Source: Candidatus Dormiibacterota bacterium
Lineage (GTDB): Bacteria > Chloroflexota > Dormibacteria > Aeolococcales > Aeolococcaceae
Assembly (NCBI GenBank): GCA_963799005.1
Contig: CAWCVK010000001.1
Span: forward strand, 1,820,066 to 1,884,065
Direction: 5' to 3'
Length of the DNA: 64,000 nt
Shown here: positions 30,534-39,383 of the stretch, one piece after another
Layout of the letters: each line of letters begins with the position of its first letter
Numbering within the stretch: the stretch's first letter is position 1
Program-made: the position numbers and the translations under genes
Notes under the pieces: generated by a model
Databases searched by the model: none
What the model saw: only the letters and a program-made list of their open reading frames with translations
Told to the model about the DNA's origin: nothing

Positions 30534-31517
30534 CAGTTGCGGGTCACCAGGGCGCGCAGGAAGAGCGCGGTGTTGGCCGGTCGCTCGGCCATCCGGCGCA
30601 TGAGATACCCGTACCACTGCACGCCGAACGGCACGTAGACCCGCACCGTCTCGCCCGCCGCGACGAGGCGGTGCTGCTCATCCGGGCGGATGCCGAAGAG
30701 CATCTGGTACTCGTGCTTGAAACCCGGTCCGCCGATCTCGCGGACCAGTTTGCCAGTCGCCGCGACCAGCCTCGGGTCGTGAGTTGCGGCCATGGGCACC
30801 GCGCCGCCCGCGATCAGCGTGCTGAGGCAGCGGAGATACGCGCCGCGGATGTCGTCCGGACGCTGCCAGGCGAGGGTCGCCGGCTCCTGGTACGCGCCCT
30901 TGCAGAGGCGCACCCGCGAGCCCGGCACACCCAGGGCGCGGCAGTCATCCTCGGTGCGATGGAGCGATGCCTGAAGCACCGCCCCGGTCGATGGGAAGTC
31001 CTCACGGATCAGGCCCACGATCCGCAGTGTCGAAGTCGGTGGTGGAGTGGTCCTCCATGTCGATGGTCACCGACGAGCCGGCCGCGCGCGCGGCCTCGCA
31101 GATCAGGCGCGCGTTGTCGAGCGCCATGAACTCGTCGAGCGCCTGGCCGACGGCGGAGAGCTTGACCGACATCTCCGCGCCGGCAGCCAGGCCCTGGTCG
31201 GCCAGGCACCGGGCGAGCGAGCGGTACGCGTCCACGGCGGCGCGTGCGGTCGCGGTGTCGAGGGTGTCCTCGCCGAGATGATCGAGCGAAACCTGCAGCC
31301 CATCGGCGGTGAGGTCCCGGGTGACCCGGAGCGCGTCGTCGATGGTCTCGCCGGCGACGAACCGGCGAACGACATCCCGGGTGACCGGCGCCGAGGTCAC
31401 CGCACGCTTGATCTGGGTGCGCCGCGAAGCCCAGAGGAGCACCTTGCGCAGCGCGGCCGAGGGACTCGCGCCGGCGGTGGTGGAGGACGGCTGAGATCCC
31501 CAGGGTTCGCTGGTCAC
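30533..31517 (-). pseudogene. proline dehydrogenase (monofunctional PutA-type); frame broken at about 31034
   Basis: N-terminal half (track ORF 31002..31517) ends '...VTIDMEDHSTTD'. C-terminal half (30533..31018) has 'GAVLQASL', 'RVRLCKGAY', 'ATHDPRL', 'EYQMLFG', 'YVPFGVQWYGYLMRRMAERPAN'. Confidence 0.85.
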
Positions 31518-31551
31518 CGCGCGGATTATGTCCTCGGCCCGGCGGTCGGGG

Positions 31552-32313
31552 TCAGACGGCCCACCGCGGCGGTCGTCGCTCGAGGAATGCGGTCATGCCC
31601 TCGTGCGCCTCCTCCGACGCGAACAGCCGGGCGGACAGTTCCACCATCGCGGCTCCGTGACGGTCGATCGCCTCCCGGACGCTGCGATTCGCCAGGAACT
31701 TGGATTCGACGAGTCCCTGGGGTGACGCCCGGCGCAGGTCGGCGGTGAGTGCCGCGACGGCGGCCGCCACGTCCTCGGTCGCGATCGTGACCAGCCCGAT
31801 CCGCTGGGCCTCGGCGGCGTCGAAGGTGGCGCCGGTGAGGTAGTAGCGGGCCGCGGATCGCTCGTCGAGGCGGGGCAGGACGGCCACCGAGATGACCGCC
31901 GGCGCCAGTCCGAGCCGGGCCTCGGTGATCGCGAACGTGCTGCGTGGCCCCGCGACCACGATGTCGCACGCGCCCAGCAGGCCGACGCCCCCGGCTCGAA
32001 CGTTACCGTCGATGCTGGCAATAACAGGCCGGGGCAGATCGACGATCAGGCGAAGCAGGGCGAGAAGGCCGCCGGCGGTGCCGGTCATCGGCCCGGACGA
32101 CGCCTCGGTAAGGTCGGCGCCCGCGCAGAATGTCGTCCCGGTGTGGGTGAGCACGACCGCACGGACGCCCTCGTCGGCGCCGGCGGTTCGCAGCCAATCG
32201 GTGAGCTCGGCGATGAGCTGTCGCGACAGCGCGTTGCGATTGTGGGGTGAATCCAGCGTCACGGTTGCGACACCGCCCTCGATGTCGAGGTGGACGAGTT
32301 CGGCGTCGGTCAT
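31552..32313 (-). CDS. enoyl-CoA hydratase/isomerase (crotonase) family
   Basis: 'VTLDSPHNRNALS', 'FCAGADL', 'IDGNVRAGGVGL'. Confidence 0.9.
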   Translation of the reverse strand: MTDAELVHLDIEGGVATVTLDSPHNRNALSRQLIAELTDWLRTAGADEGVRAVVLTHTGTTFCAGADLTEASSGPMTGTAGGLLALLRLIVDLPRPVIASIDGNVRAGGVGLLGACDIVVAGPRSTFAITEARLGLAPAVISVAVLPRLDERSAARYYLTGATFDAAEAQRIGLVTIATEDVAAAVAALTADLRRASPQGLVESKFLANRSVREAIDRHGAAMVELSARLFASEEAHEGMTAFLERRPPRWAV

Positions 32314-32419
32314 AGGAGGTCCTCGGGTACGTCGATGGTTCGCGGACGCAGCCGCCTGCCGATACGCAGCACCGCGTCCACAGGCTCGGCAAGGCTACAG
32401 GGATCGCGCCACCCTCGGG

Positions 32420-33598
32420 TCAGACGCGGACGTCGACCCGTTTGAGGAACTCGTCGAAGAGCGGGACGGTGAAGGCCGTCTCTCCGTGAGCGGGGCTGTA
32501 GAGGATTCCCTTGGCGATCAGTGCGGCACGACGCGGCGCAACCAACTCGACGCGCACCCCCAGGGCCGCCGCGATGTCCCCGGAACGGTGCGGCCCCGGC
32601 CCGAGCGACGCCATGGCGACCATGTACTCGCGTTCCCGAGGCGTCACCCGGTCGAGGCGGACCAGGAAGAAGTTCTGGTCAAGCTGGTCTTGAACTCGCG
32701 TGGCTGCGCGATCGACGTCGTCGGCGGTGATCGGACTCTGCGGGGCCACGTTCCAGACGTGGTAGCCCCACTCCTGGAGGAAGTACGGATAGCCGTGGGA
32801 TCGCTCGACCATCATGTCCAGCGCCGCGCCGTCGATCGAAGCGCCGCTCTGCTCAGCCGGCACGGCGAGCGCCGTTCGAGCATCGTCGGCATCGAGCGAC
32901 CCGATCTCCGGGAAGTCGAAGAGGCGCTCGGCGTAGGACTTCGCCTCTCCCGCCAGCCCGCGCAGGTGTGGAAGCCCGGCACCCGTGAGAATCACGGGCA
33001 GGTTGAGCTGATTGGTCCGGTGGATCGCGACGATCAGTGCTGAGAGCTCCTCCGACCGGACGTACTGCAGCTCGTCGATGGCGAGCACGATGCCCGTCCC
33101 GCGGTCTCGCGCCGCCTCGCCGCACGCGACCAGGAGATCGGTGACGTCGTCCGCGAGGTTCCCTGAGTCGGCGACGCCCTTGAGCGCCTCGACGTCGATA
33201 GAGACGCGGGTGCCGTCAGGGAGCTGCAGCGTGAACGTCTTGAGCACTCGCAGCGCCCGGGTGACGGCCGTCGAGACGACGTTGCTGGTGAGCGGGAGGA
33301 GGATGCGGCGGAGCCGTGCGGCAAGCAGCGAGGGGAAATGACCGTGTTCGGGCGCCTCGATCAGCCCGACCCTGAAGCCCTCCTGTTCGGCGATCTCCAC
33401 AAACCGGTTCAGCAGGACGGTCTTCCCCGCTCCACGCAGGCCGATCATCAGCAGGCTCTTCCCGGGCCGGCCGGCGACAGCGCGGCGGAAAGCGACCCCG
33501 AAGCGATTGATGAGATCGTCGCGCCCGGTCAGCGCGGGCGGCGGTGTCCCGGCGCCCGGGCGGTACGGATTGGCCAGCTCGTCCATCGGTTCAACCAA
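32420..33598 (-). CDS. AAA/STAND-like ATPase with C-terminal winged-helix-like region
   Basis: 'NPYRPGAGTPPPALTGRDD', Walker A 'GLRGAGKTVLL', Walker B 'IVLAIDELQ'; AT-rich promoter region upstream. Confidence 0.7.
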   Translation of the reverse strand: MVEPMDELANPYRPGAGTPPPALTGRDDLINRFGVAFRRAVAGRPGKSLLMIGLRGAGKTVLLNRFVEIAEQEGFRVGLIEAPEHGHFPSLLAARLRRILLPLTSNVVSTAVTRALRVLKTFTLQLPDGTRVSIDVEALKGVADSGNLADDVTDLLVACGEAARDRGTGIVLAIDELQYVRSEELSALIVAIHRTNQLNLPVILTGAGLPHLRGLAGEAKSYAERLFDFPEIGSLDADDARTALAVPAEQSGASIDGAALDMMVERSHGYPYFLQEWGYHVWNVAPQSPITADDVDRAATRVQDQLDQNFFLVRLDRVTPREREYMVAMASLGPGPHRSGDIAAALGVRVELVAPRRAALIAKGILYSPAHGETAFTVPLFDEFLKRVDVRV

Positions 33599-33757
33599 GC
33601 TTACCTAGTTTCAACTGGCCTTATCAATATTTATGGCATTTAGCCGTCGAGCTAGAAAGCTGCGAAAAATTAGCCCAGTTCACCTGAATTCATGCATTCG
33701 CCGCAAGGGCGCCCATCTGGAACTCGCGCCGGCCAAGTGCACTCGATGCCGGCTGAA

Positions 33758-34683
33758 CTACGTGGTCAGCACCGCGGGCGCCGCCTGCCGGTGGCGGAGG
33801 CCGTCGACTGCGAGGATCGCCAGCGCGATCCAGACGAGCGCAAACCCGCTGAGCAGCGCCAACGACGTGGTCTCGCGAAGGATCAGCACGCCGATGACGA
33901 ACTGGATGACCGGGGTCACGTACTGGAGCAACCCCATGCTGGACAGCGGGAGCCGCGTGGCCGCTGCGGCGAAGAACAGGAGCGGAAGCGCGGTTACGGG
34001 CCCTGCGGCGATCAGGAGGAGGAGATGGCCCGGGTTGGCCGCGTGACCGACAAAGGTCGCGTCCCCGGCGACCGCCATGACCCCGAGCACGATCAGCGCC
34101 GGGACACTTGTCACCGCACCTTCGACGAGCAGGCCCTCGGGCGGGGACGCCCGCGCCCCTTTCTTGAGGAATCCGTAGGTGCCGAACGAGCACGCCAGGG
34201 CCAGCGCGATCCAGGGCGGCCGTCCGTAGTCGAAGCTCAGGACCGCGACCGCGACCGAGCCCAAGCCGACCGCCGCCCACTGGACCGCGCGAAGCCGCTC
34301 ATGCAGGATCGCCACTCCGAGCCCGATGGTCACGAGCGGGTTGATGAAGTAGCCGAGGCTCGTCTCGATGACGTGCCCATTGTTCACGCCCCAGATGTAC
34401 ACACCCCAGTTGACCGCGATGGCCACACCCGCCGCGCACAGGCGCAGCACGGTGCCACGGTCCAACCTGCGCACGCCGTCCAGCTCGTGCCGGATGGCGA
34501 GCAGCGCGGCGATGACAACGAAGCAGAACACGATCCGGCAGCAGAGAATCTCCAGGGGATTCGCAGGTTCCAGCAGCGGCCAGAAGAGCGGAAAGAGTCC
34601 CCACAGCAGGTACGCGCCGAGGCCGTAGCTGAGACCGCTTGCGGCGGGAGTTCGTCTCAGGTGCGCACTCGCGGTCAGGCCAT
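33758..34683 (-). CDS. rarD: RarD/EamA-family transporter (5' end unresolved)
   Basis: 'LGYFINPLVTIGLGVAILHERL'. First TM 'GLSYGLGAYLLWGLFPLFWPLLEPANPLEILCCRIV' is encoded in frame upstream of the first canonical start (GTG 34531). ATG 34683 is one base out of frame. Confidence 0.7.
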
Positions 34684-34696
34684 CGCCTCGAGCCGG

Positions 34697-35824
34697 CTAG
34701 TAGATGAAGGCCTCGACGTCATGGAGCGAGGTGATGTGGCGCTGGTCGACCACGCCGAGACCGAGCATGTTCGCCTCGTCGACGGTGAAGCTTGTCGAGC
34801 CCTGCACGCCGACGACGTATGCCACGTGCCCGAACTCGCTGTAGCCGTTTCCCGGGCCGAACACCACCATGCTGCCGACCCGCGGTCTCATGCCCTCCGG
34901 CCGACCGGCGGCGCGGGCGGTGTAAGCCCACTCCCAGGCGTTGCCGCTCCAGTAGACGTCGCGCAACGAGGCGACGTACCACGTGCACTGCCCCCATGGA
35001 TAGTCGTCGATCCGTGGCCCGAACGCGAAGGGGCGCAGGGCTTTTCCCATGACGTATGCGGCGCCCGCCCCTGCTGCCGCCGCCGCCGCCGCAGCCGCCG
35101 CCTCCTGCTCGCGACGCACCTGTGCGATCTTCGCGCGCACGCCCTGGAGCTGAGCGAGCAGCGTCGCGGCCCTCCCCGTCAGCGATGAGGCCTGCTGACG
35201 ATAGGCGACTTCCTCAGTCTGCTGCTGTCCCGAAAGCGTCTGGAGGCTCGCAACCAGTGCGTTCGCATGCATCTGGTCGAGCACCTGTTGTTTCTGCAGC
35301 TTGTCCAGCTGGTCGCGTTTGCCCTGGATCTGGGTCACCAGCTGCTGCACGCGCGCGCTGACATGGTCGGCGCTGCTCAGTGCGTCCATGGCGTCGGTGA
35401 AGCTCTTGCTGTCCACGAGAATCGCGGTGACGGACCCGTCATCGGTCAGCTCGTAGACGTGGACGAGGATATGCGCAAGGTTGACCTGATCGGTTGCGTA
35501 CTCGACGTGCACGATCTTCAGTTGCGCAGTCGTGTTTGCCAGGTTCTTGTTGGCCTGGTCGAGCTCCAGATGTGCCTTGGCGAGCTGCCCCTGCGTGTTC
35601 GCCATCGCCTGTTCGGATGCGAGCGCGTTTCCCAGGGCGGTCGAGCTTGCGCCCCTCAGCGACGCGATCGCGTGACTGAGCGCATTTGCCTGTGCGGAGA
35701 GCGCCTGGATCTGCTGCGTGAACTGATCAGCGTGAACAGTTCCTTGACTGAACGGGGAGCCGACTACCAGCAGTGCGATCGCGCCAGCCGTGGCAACGAG
35801 TGACACGCGGCGAGCGAGCAACAA
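34697..35824 (-). CDS. secreted coiled-coil + CHAP-domain peptidoglycan hydrolase (PcsB-like architecture)
   Basis: Signal peptide, then a long Q/A/L-rich coiled coil and an Ala run, then CHAP motifs 'YPWGQCTWYVA' and 'FGHVAYVVG'. GGAGG lies 7 nt before TTG. Confidence 0.8.
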   Translation of the reverse strand: MLLARRVSLVATAGAIALLVVGSPFSQGTVHADQFTQQIQALSAQANALSHAIASLRGASSTALGNALASEQAMANTQGQLAKAHLELDQANKNLANTTAQLKIVHVEYATDQVNLAHILVHVYELTDDGSVTAILVDSKSFTDAMDALSSADHVSARVQQLVTQIQGKRDQLDKLQKQQVLDQMHANALVASLQTLSGQQQTEEVAYRQQASSLTGRAATLLAQLQGVRAKIAQVRREQEAAAAAAAAAAGAGAAYVMGKALRPFAFGPRIDDYPWGQCTWYVASLRDVYWSGNAWEWAYTARAAGRPEGMRPRVGSMVVFGPGNGYSEFGHVAYVVGVQGSTSFTVDEANMLGLGVVDQRHITSLHDVEAFIY

Positions 35825-36000
35825 GTGCCTCCGTGAGATGGACGCGAACTGGGCGTGAACGGTCCCCGACCGTAACAGGCATCCGCTGAACGGTCAACCC
35901 CATTTCGACGGCTTTGTCGTTCGGACCCGGCTGAACGCTGATCGTGTCAGCGCAGACGCAGCATTCGCGTCGAGAGGAGCGCGCTAGACTGGAAGTCGAA
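35825..36000 (-). promoter_or_regulatory. 176-bp divergent region; long leader of the CHAP gene with repeated GACCGTTCA elements
   Basis: TGAACGGTC (+ strand) at 35856-35864 and 35887-35895, with a third TGAACG at 35932-35937. Also G-rich 'GGGGACC' and 'TGGGGTT' elements in the mRNA sense. Confidence 0.3.
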
Positions 36001-36279
36001 ATGGACCTGTTTGCGGGACATCTTCCCGAGCTGATCATCGTTCTCGTGCTGATCCTCATCATCTGGGGACCGAGCAAGCTCACCGACGTCAGCGTCGCAC
36101 TCGGGCGTGGCATCCGTGAGTTCCGGAAAGCTTCGGCCGAAACCCGCGAGGCGGTGCGCACCGCGGCTGCGATGCCGGTGCCGACGCCGCCCGAAGAGCC
36201 GACGGCCTCGACGGCGGCGCAGGCTGTGCCGGCTCCCGAGCGTGAGTCCCCGCTGTCCCCGGGGGCGCCCCCGGCCTAG
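36001..36279 (+). CDS. tatA: twin-arginine translocase subunit TatA/E
   Basis: 'MDLFAGHLPELIIVLVLILIIWGPSKLTDVSVALGRGIREFRKA'. Confidence 0.9.
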   Translation: MDLFAGHLPELIIVLVLILIIWGPSKLTDVSVALGRGIREFRKASAETREAVRTAAAMPVPTPPEEPTASTAAQAVPAPERESPLSPGAPPA

Positions 36280-36674
36280 CTCGTGCCGGGTGAGAGCGCC
36301 TCCGCGGCGCTGAACGCTCCGGCGCGCGTTCTGTAGTCGTCGATGCGCAGGATCACTCCGTCCCGCAGGCTGAAGACCATGAAGATCTCGCCGTCGAGGA
36401 ACGGCATATCGCGAAAGCGCGGCCCCGCGATTCCGACGATCACGCGCTCGCCGGCGGCGTGGAGTTCGAGGCGCTCGATCCCGATGTCTCCATTGTCGAG
36501 GGAGGCGGCCATGCGCTCGAGAACCGCGGCGCGCCCATGGCACACCAGCTCAGGAAGGACCCCCTGGTGGACGACGTCAGGGTCGAGCCCCGCGGCGATC
36601 GCCTCGAGATCGCGCCTCCGCCGGGCATGGAAATGATCGAAGACCGTCGTCATCGCTGCGTCACTCATTGCCAT
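36276..36674 (-). CDS. SnoaL/NTF2-like small protein
   Basis: 132 aa from ATG 36674; alpha+beta cone-like pattern (fold guess only). Confidence 0.5.
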   Translation of the reverse strand: MAMSDAAMTTVFDHFHARRRRDLEAIAAGLDPDVVHQGVLPELVCHGRAAVLERMAASLDNGDIGIERLELHAAGERVIVGIAGPRFRDMPFLDGEIFMVFSLRDGVILRIDDYRTRAGAFSAAEALSPGTS

Positions 36675-36770
36675 CTCCGTCGCGGTGGGCGCGTGAACGT
36701 CGACTAGTATCGAACACCGGTATCCCTTTGAAAGCGAACAGAAAGGACCGACCGTGCACCATGGTGTTCG

Positions 36771-37709
36771 ATGAACGATGACCACTGGGCGTTTCCACCG
36801 CAGCCGCCCGCCTGGCCACCCGCACCGTCGACCGCACCGCCGAAAGGCGCCTCGCTCACCCTGGCTGTCGTAGCCCTGTTTGCGGCCATCGGTGTCGTCG
36901 CCGCGGGGATCGGGGTCGGCGGCGTGCTCCTGGTGCGCCACATCCAGGGCAATCAATCACCCGCAAGCTCACCGGCGGGGGTGCCGGGGACGATCGCCGG
37001 TGCCCCGGAGGCACGTGCCCTCTACCAACAGGCGATCGCGGCGACGCGAGCCTCGGTCGGATTCCACTACGTGGCGGTGTCTTCGGGCGGATTCCCTCAG
37101 ACCATCATCGGAGACGCGGGGCAGTCGGGGGGACGCCAGGTGATCACCTCCACCGCGAACTATGGTGCCGAGCAGTTCACGCTGCTGCTGGTCGGCGCCA
37201 CGGTGTACTTCCAGGGCAACGTCCCGGCTCTTGAGGATCAGCTCGGCGTGTCTTCAACCTCAGCGCCGAGCCTCAACGGCAAGTGGGTCTCGGTGGTGAG
37301 TGGCAACGGTCCGTACAGCGTGCTCCAACCGGGTATCACCGCCGGCAGCCAGGCGGACGAGGCAAAGCTGATCCCGGAATCCAGTGCCAGAGCCCGTTCT
37401 ACCGGCGGTTTTCCGGCGACCAGAATCTCCGGAACTGTCCCGCCGAATAATAACTTCCCGGCTGGGATCGGATATCTCGACATCGCCCCGCGCACAGACC
37501 TTCCGATCACCTACGCGTCGACGGTTACCGTGAGTAGCGCGGTGTTCAGGTTCACGACCACGTTCAGCGCCTGGGGAAGCGCCCCATCGGTGAGCGCACC
37601 CACCGGCGCGATCGCCTGGTCGACATTGACAACCACGGCGCCGCCAGGCGGGTATGGCTCCGGCGGTACGCCGGGCGTGGCGCCAACCGCCACGCCGGGT
37701 GCGATTTAG
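36771..37709 (+). CDS. membrane-anchored extracytoplasmic protein
   Basis: Pro-rich N-terminus, a single TM 'LTLAVVALFAAIGVVAAGIGVGGVLLV', then a soluble domain; family not recognised. Confidence 0.5.
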   Translation: MNDDHWAFPPQPPAWPPAPSTAPPKGASLTLAVVALFAAIGVVAAGIGVGGVLLVRHIQGNQSPASSPAGVPGTIAGAPEARALYQQAIAATRASVGFHYVAVSSGGFPQTIIGDAGQSGGRQVITSTANYGAEQFTLLLVGATVYFQGNVPALEDQLGVSSTSAPSLNGKWVSVVSGNGPYSVLQPGITAGSQADEAKLIPESSARARSTGGFPATRISGTVPPNNNFPAGIGYLDIAPRTDLPITYASTVTVSSAVFRFTTTFSAWGSAPSVSAPTGAIAWSTLTTTAPPGGYGSGGTPGVAPTATPGAI

Positions 37710-37710
37710 C

Positions 37711-37917
37711 CTAGCCCCGGTTCACGAAGCGTTCGGCGATGATGTCCTCGAGGACGGCGCGACCGAGGTCCGAGGCTCCGGGGTCGTCGACAGCGTGTGG
37801 GTCGAGGTCGGGAAAGAACCGCGCGACCCCGGCCGGATCCTCGTCAGTCAGCCAACGGATGAACGTGCGTCCGAATTCGGCAGCCTTCTCATCGGTCAGC
37901 TCGTCGATTGTTGCCAT
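37711..37917 (-). CDS. small acidic hypothetical protein
   Basis: 68 aa; GAGGAG before the ATG and a CATAAT -10-like box about 50 nt upstream; good GC3. Confidence 0.4.
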   Translation of the reverse strand: MATIDELTDEKAAEFGRTFIRWLTDEDPAGVARFFPDLDPHAVDDPGASDLGRAVLEDIIAERFVNRG

Positions 37918-38237
37918 CGGCGCTCTCCTCGCTTGAAGCCGGCGGCGATATCGCCCGGCTGGCGGATTATGCCCCGTCGGCCGGGTCACGATCGAGGTAT
38001 GGCCGCCCGGAGCGGGAGGGGGAGAGACACTCCAGGGGCGGCCACACCCGTCCGATCGTTGGAGCCCGCATGCTCCGCTGTCCTCGAAGGGAATCGACGC
38101 AGTGCGCGAGTGGGGTTGGGGTGCACCCCGCCAAATCTCCGAGGAGTCGAGTTTGACTGGGGGTTGCCGGGACTGTCAGTTCGCAGGCGCACACAGCGAG
38201 CTGGGTGCCCGCTCGCGGTCGTCAAAACGAGGATGGC

Positions 38238-38792
38238 TCAGGTGCTCGTTTCCACCGCGGAGTCCGGCTGCGCTGCGCGCGCGGCCGCAACCGCACGGCG
38301 TCGCCGGGCGATGACCGCGAAGGCAGCCGGGACCGCTGCGGCCAGGGCGAGGTTACGCATCCAGGATCGGTTAAGTCGATGGCCGAGCGCATTGTCGATC
38401 GACAACCTGCCAGGGCCGGTGAGAGCCAGTGCCGCGGCGCTCAATCCCAAGACCGCCGGGTACTCGAAGCCGCCCTTGCCGGCGAAGAAGCCCTTGTCGA
38501 CGTGCATCGAGGAGGCGACGATCATCGTGCCGGCGAGGGCGGCGCTCGCTCCGGGCGTGGCCAGCCCCACAGCGAGCAGCGCACCGCCGCCGGCTTCGCC
38601 CAAGCCTGCGGCGATCGCGTTCACTGAGCCTGGGCGAAACCCCATCTTGTCGAAGGTGGCGCTCGTGCGGGCAAGTCCCGCGCCGCCGAACCAACCGAAG
38701 AGCTTCTGCGCGCCATGGGCGGCGACTGCTCCTCCAACACCCGCGCGCAGGGCGAGCAGGCCGAGGTCACGGGCGGTCAGATTGCGGTTCAT
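38238..38792 (-). CDS. DoxX-family membrane protein
   Basis: 'LGLLALRAGVGGAVAAHGAQKLFGWFGG'; 4 TM. Confidence 0.8.
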   Translation of the reverse strand: MNRNLTARDLGLLALRAGVGGAVAAHGAQKLFGWFGGAGLARTSATFDKMGFRPGSVNAIAAGLGEAGGGALLAVGLATPGASAALAGTMIVASSMHVDKGFFAGKGGFEYPAVLGLSAAALALTGPGRLSIDNALGHRLNRSWMRNLALAAAVPAAFAVIARRRRAVAAARAAQPDSAVETST

Positions 38793-38874
38793 GTGTCAGC
38801 ACCTTCGATGTACCGGACGGAGCAATATGTATGGTATAGCACAAACCATCAGCGTATTGCAAGTAGATGCCAGT

Positions 38875-38884
38875 TAGTATACTA
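38875..38884. promoter_or_regulatory. perfect palindrome TAGTATACTA, candidate MarR operator
   Basis: Lies 8 nt upstream of the MarR ATG, in the AT-rich DoxX/MarR divergent region. A second inverted repeat ATGGT-N9-ACCAT is at 38831-38849. Confidence 0.45.
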
Positions 38885-38891
38885 TTGGTGA

Positions 38892-39383
38892 ATGGCAACC
38901 AAGATGGACACCACCTCGCCGGCATCCGTGGACAACCTGCTGTTGCCCTTGCTCGAGCACCTTGCCCGCGTCGGTCGTCACGCCGGTGAGGCAACGCTCG
39001 CGCCCGGAGGGCTGCGCCCCCGCCACCTCATCGCCCTGAGGCTCCTCAGCGAGCAAGGACGCGCGAATCAGCAGGGGCTCGCCAACTCGCTGAGCCTGGA
39101 TCCGAGCAACGTGGTCGGACTGCTCAACGAGCTGGAGGAGCGCGAGCTGATCACCCGCCGCCGGGACCCGGCCGATCGCCGCCGCCACATCGTCGAGCTG
39201 TCCCGTCGTGGTGGCGATGAGCTCTGCCTCGCGTACGCCCGGCTCCGGCTTGTCGAGGACAGTCTGTTCAGCGCCCTGAGCTCCGAAGAGCGGGCAACGC
39301 TCTACGAGCTGCTGGTCCGCGCTGTGGGGGCATCGGTGCCGTCGTGCCAAGTTGCCGAGGAACCACCCGCATGTCCCGCCTGA
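38892..39383 (+). CDS. MarR-family transcriptional regulator
   Basis: 'QQGLANSLSLDPSNVVGLLNELEERELITRRRDPADRRRHIVELS' (wHTH). Confidence 0.88.
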   Translation: MATKMDTTSPASVDNLLLPLLEHLARVGRHAGEATLAPGGLRPRHLIALRLLSEQGRANQQGLANSLSLDPSNVVGLLNELEERELITRRRDPADRRRHIVELSRRGGDELCLAYARLRLVEDSLFSALSSEERATLYELLVRAVGASVPSCQVAEEPPACPA

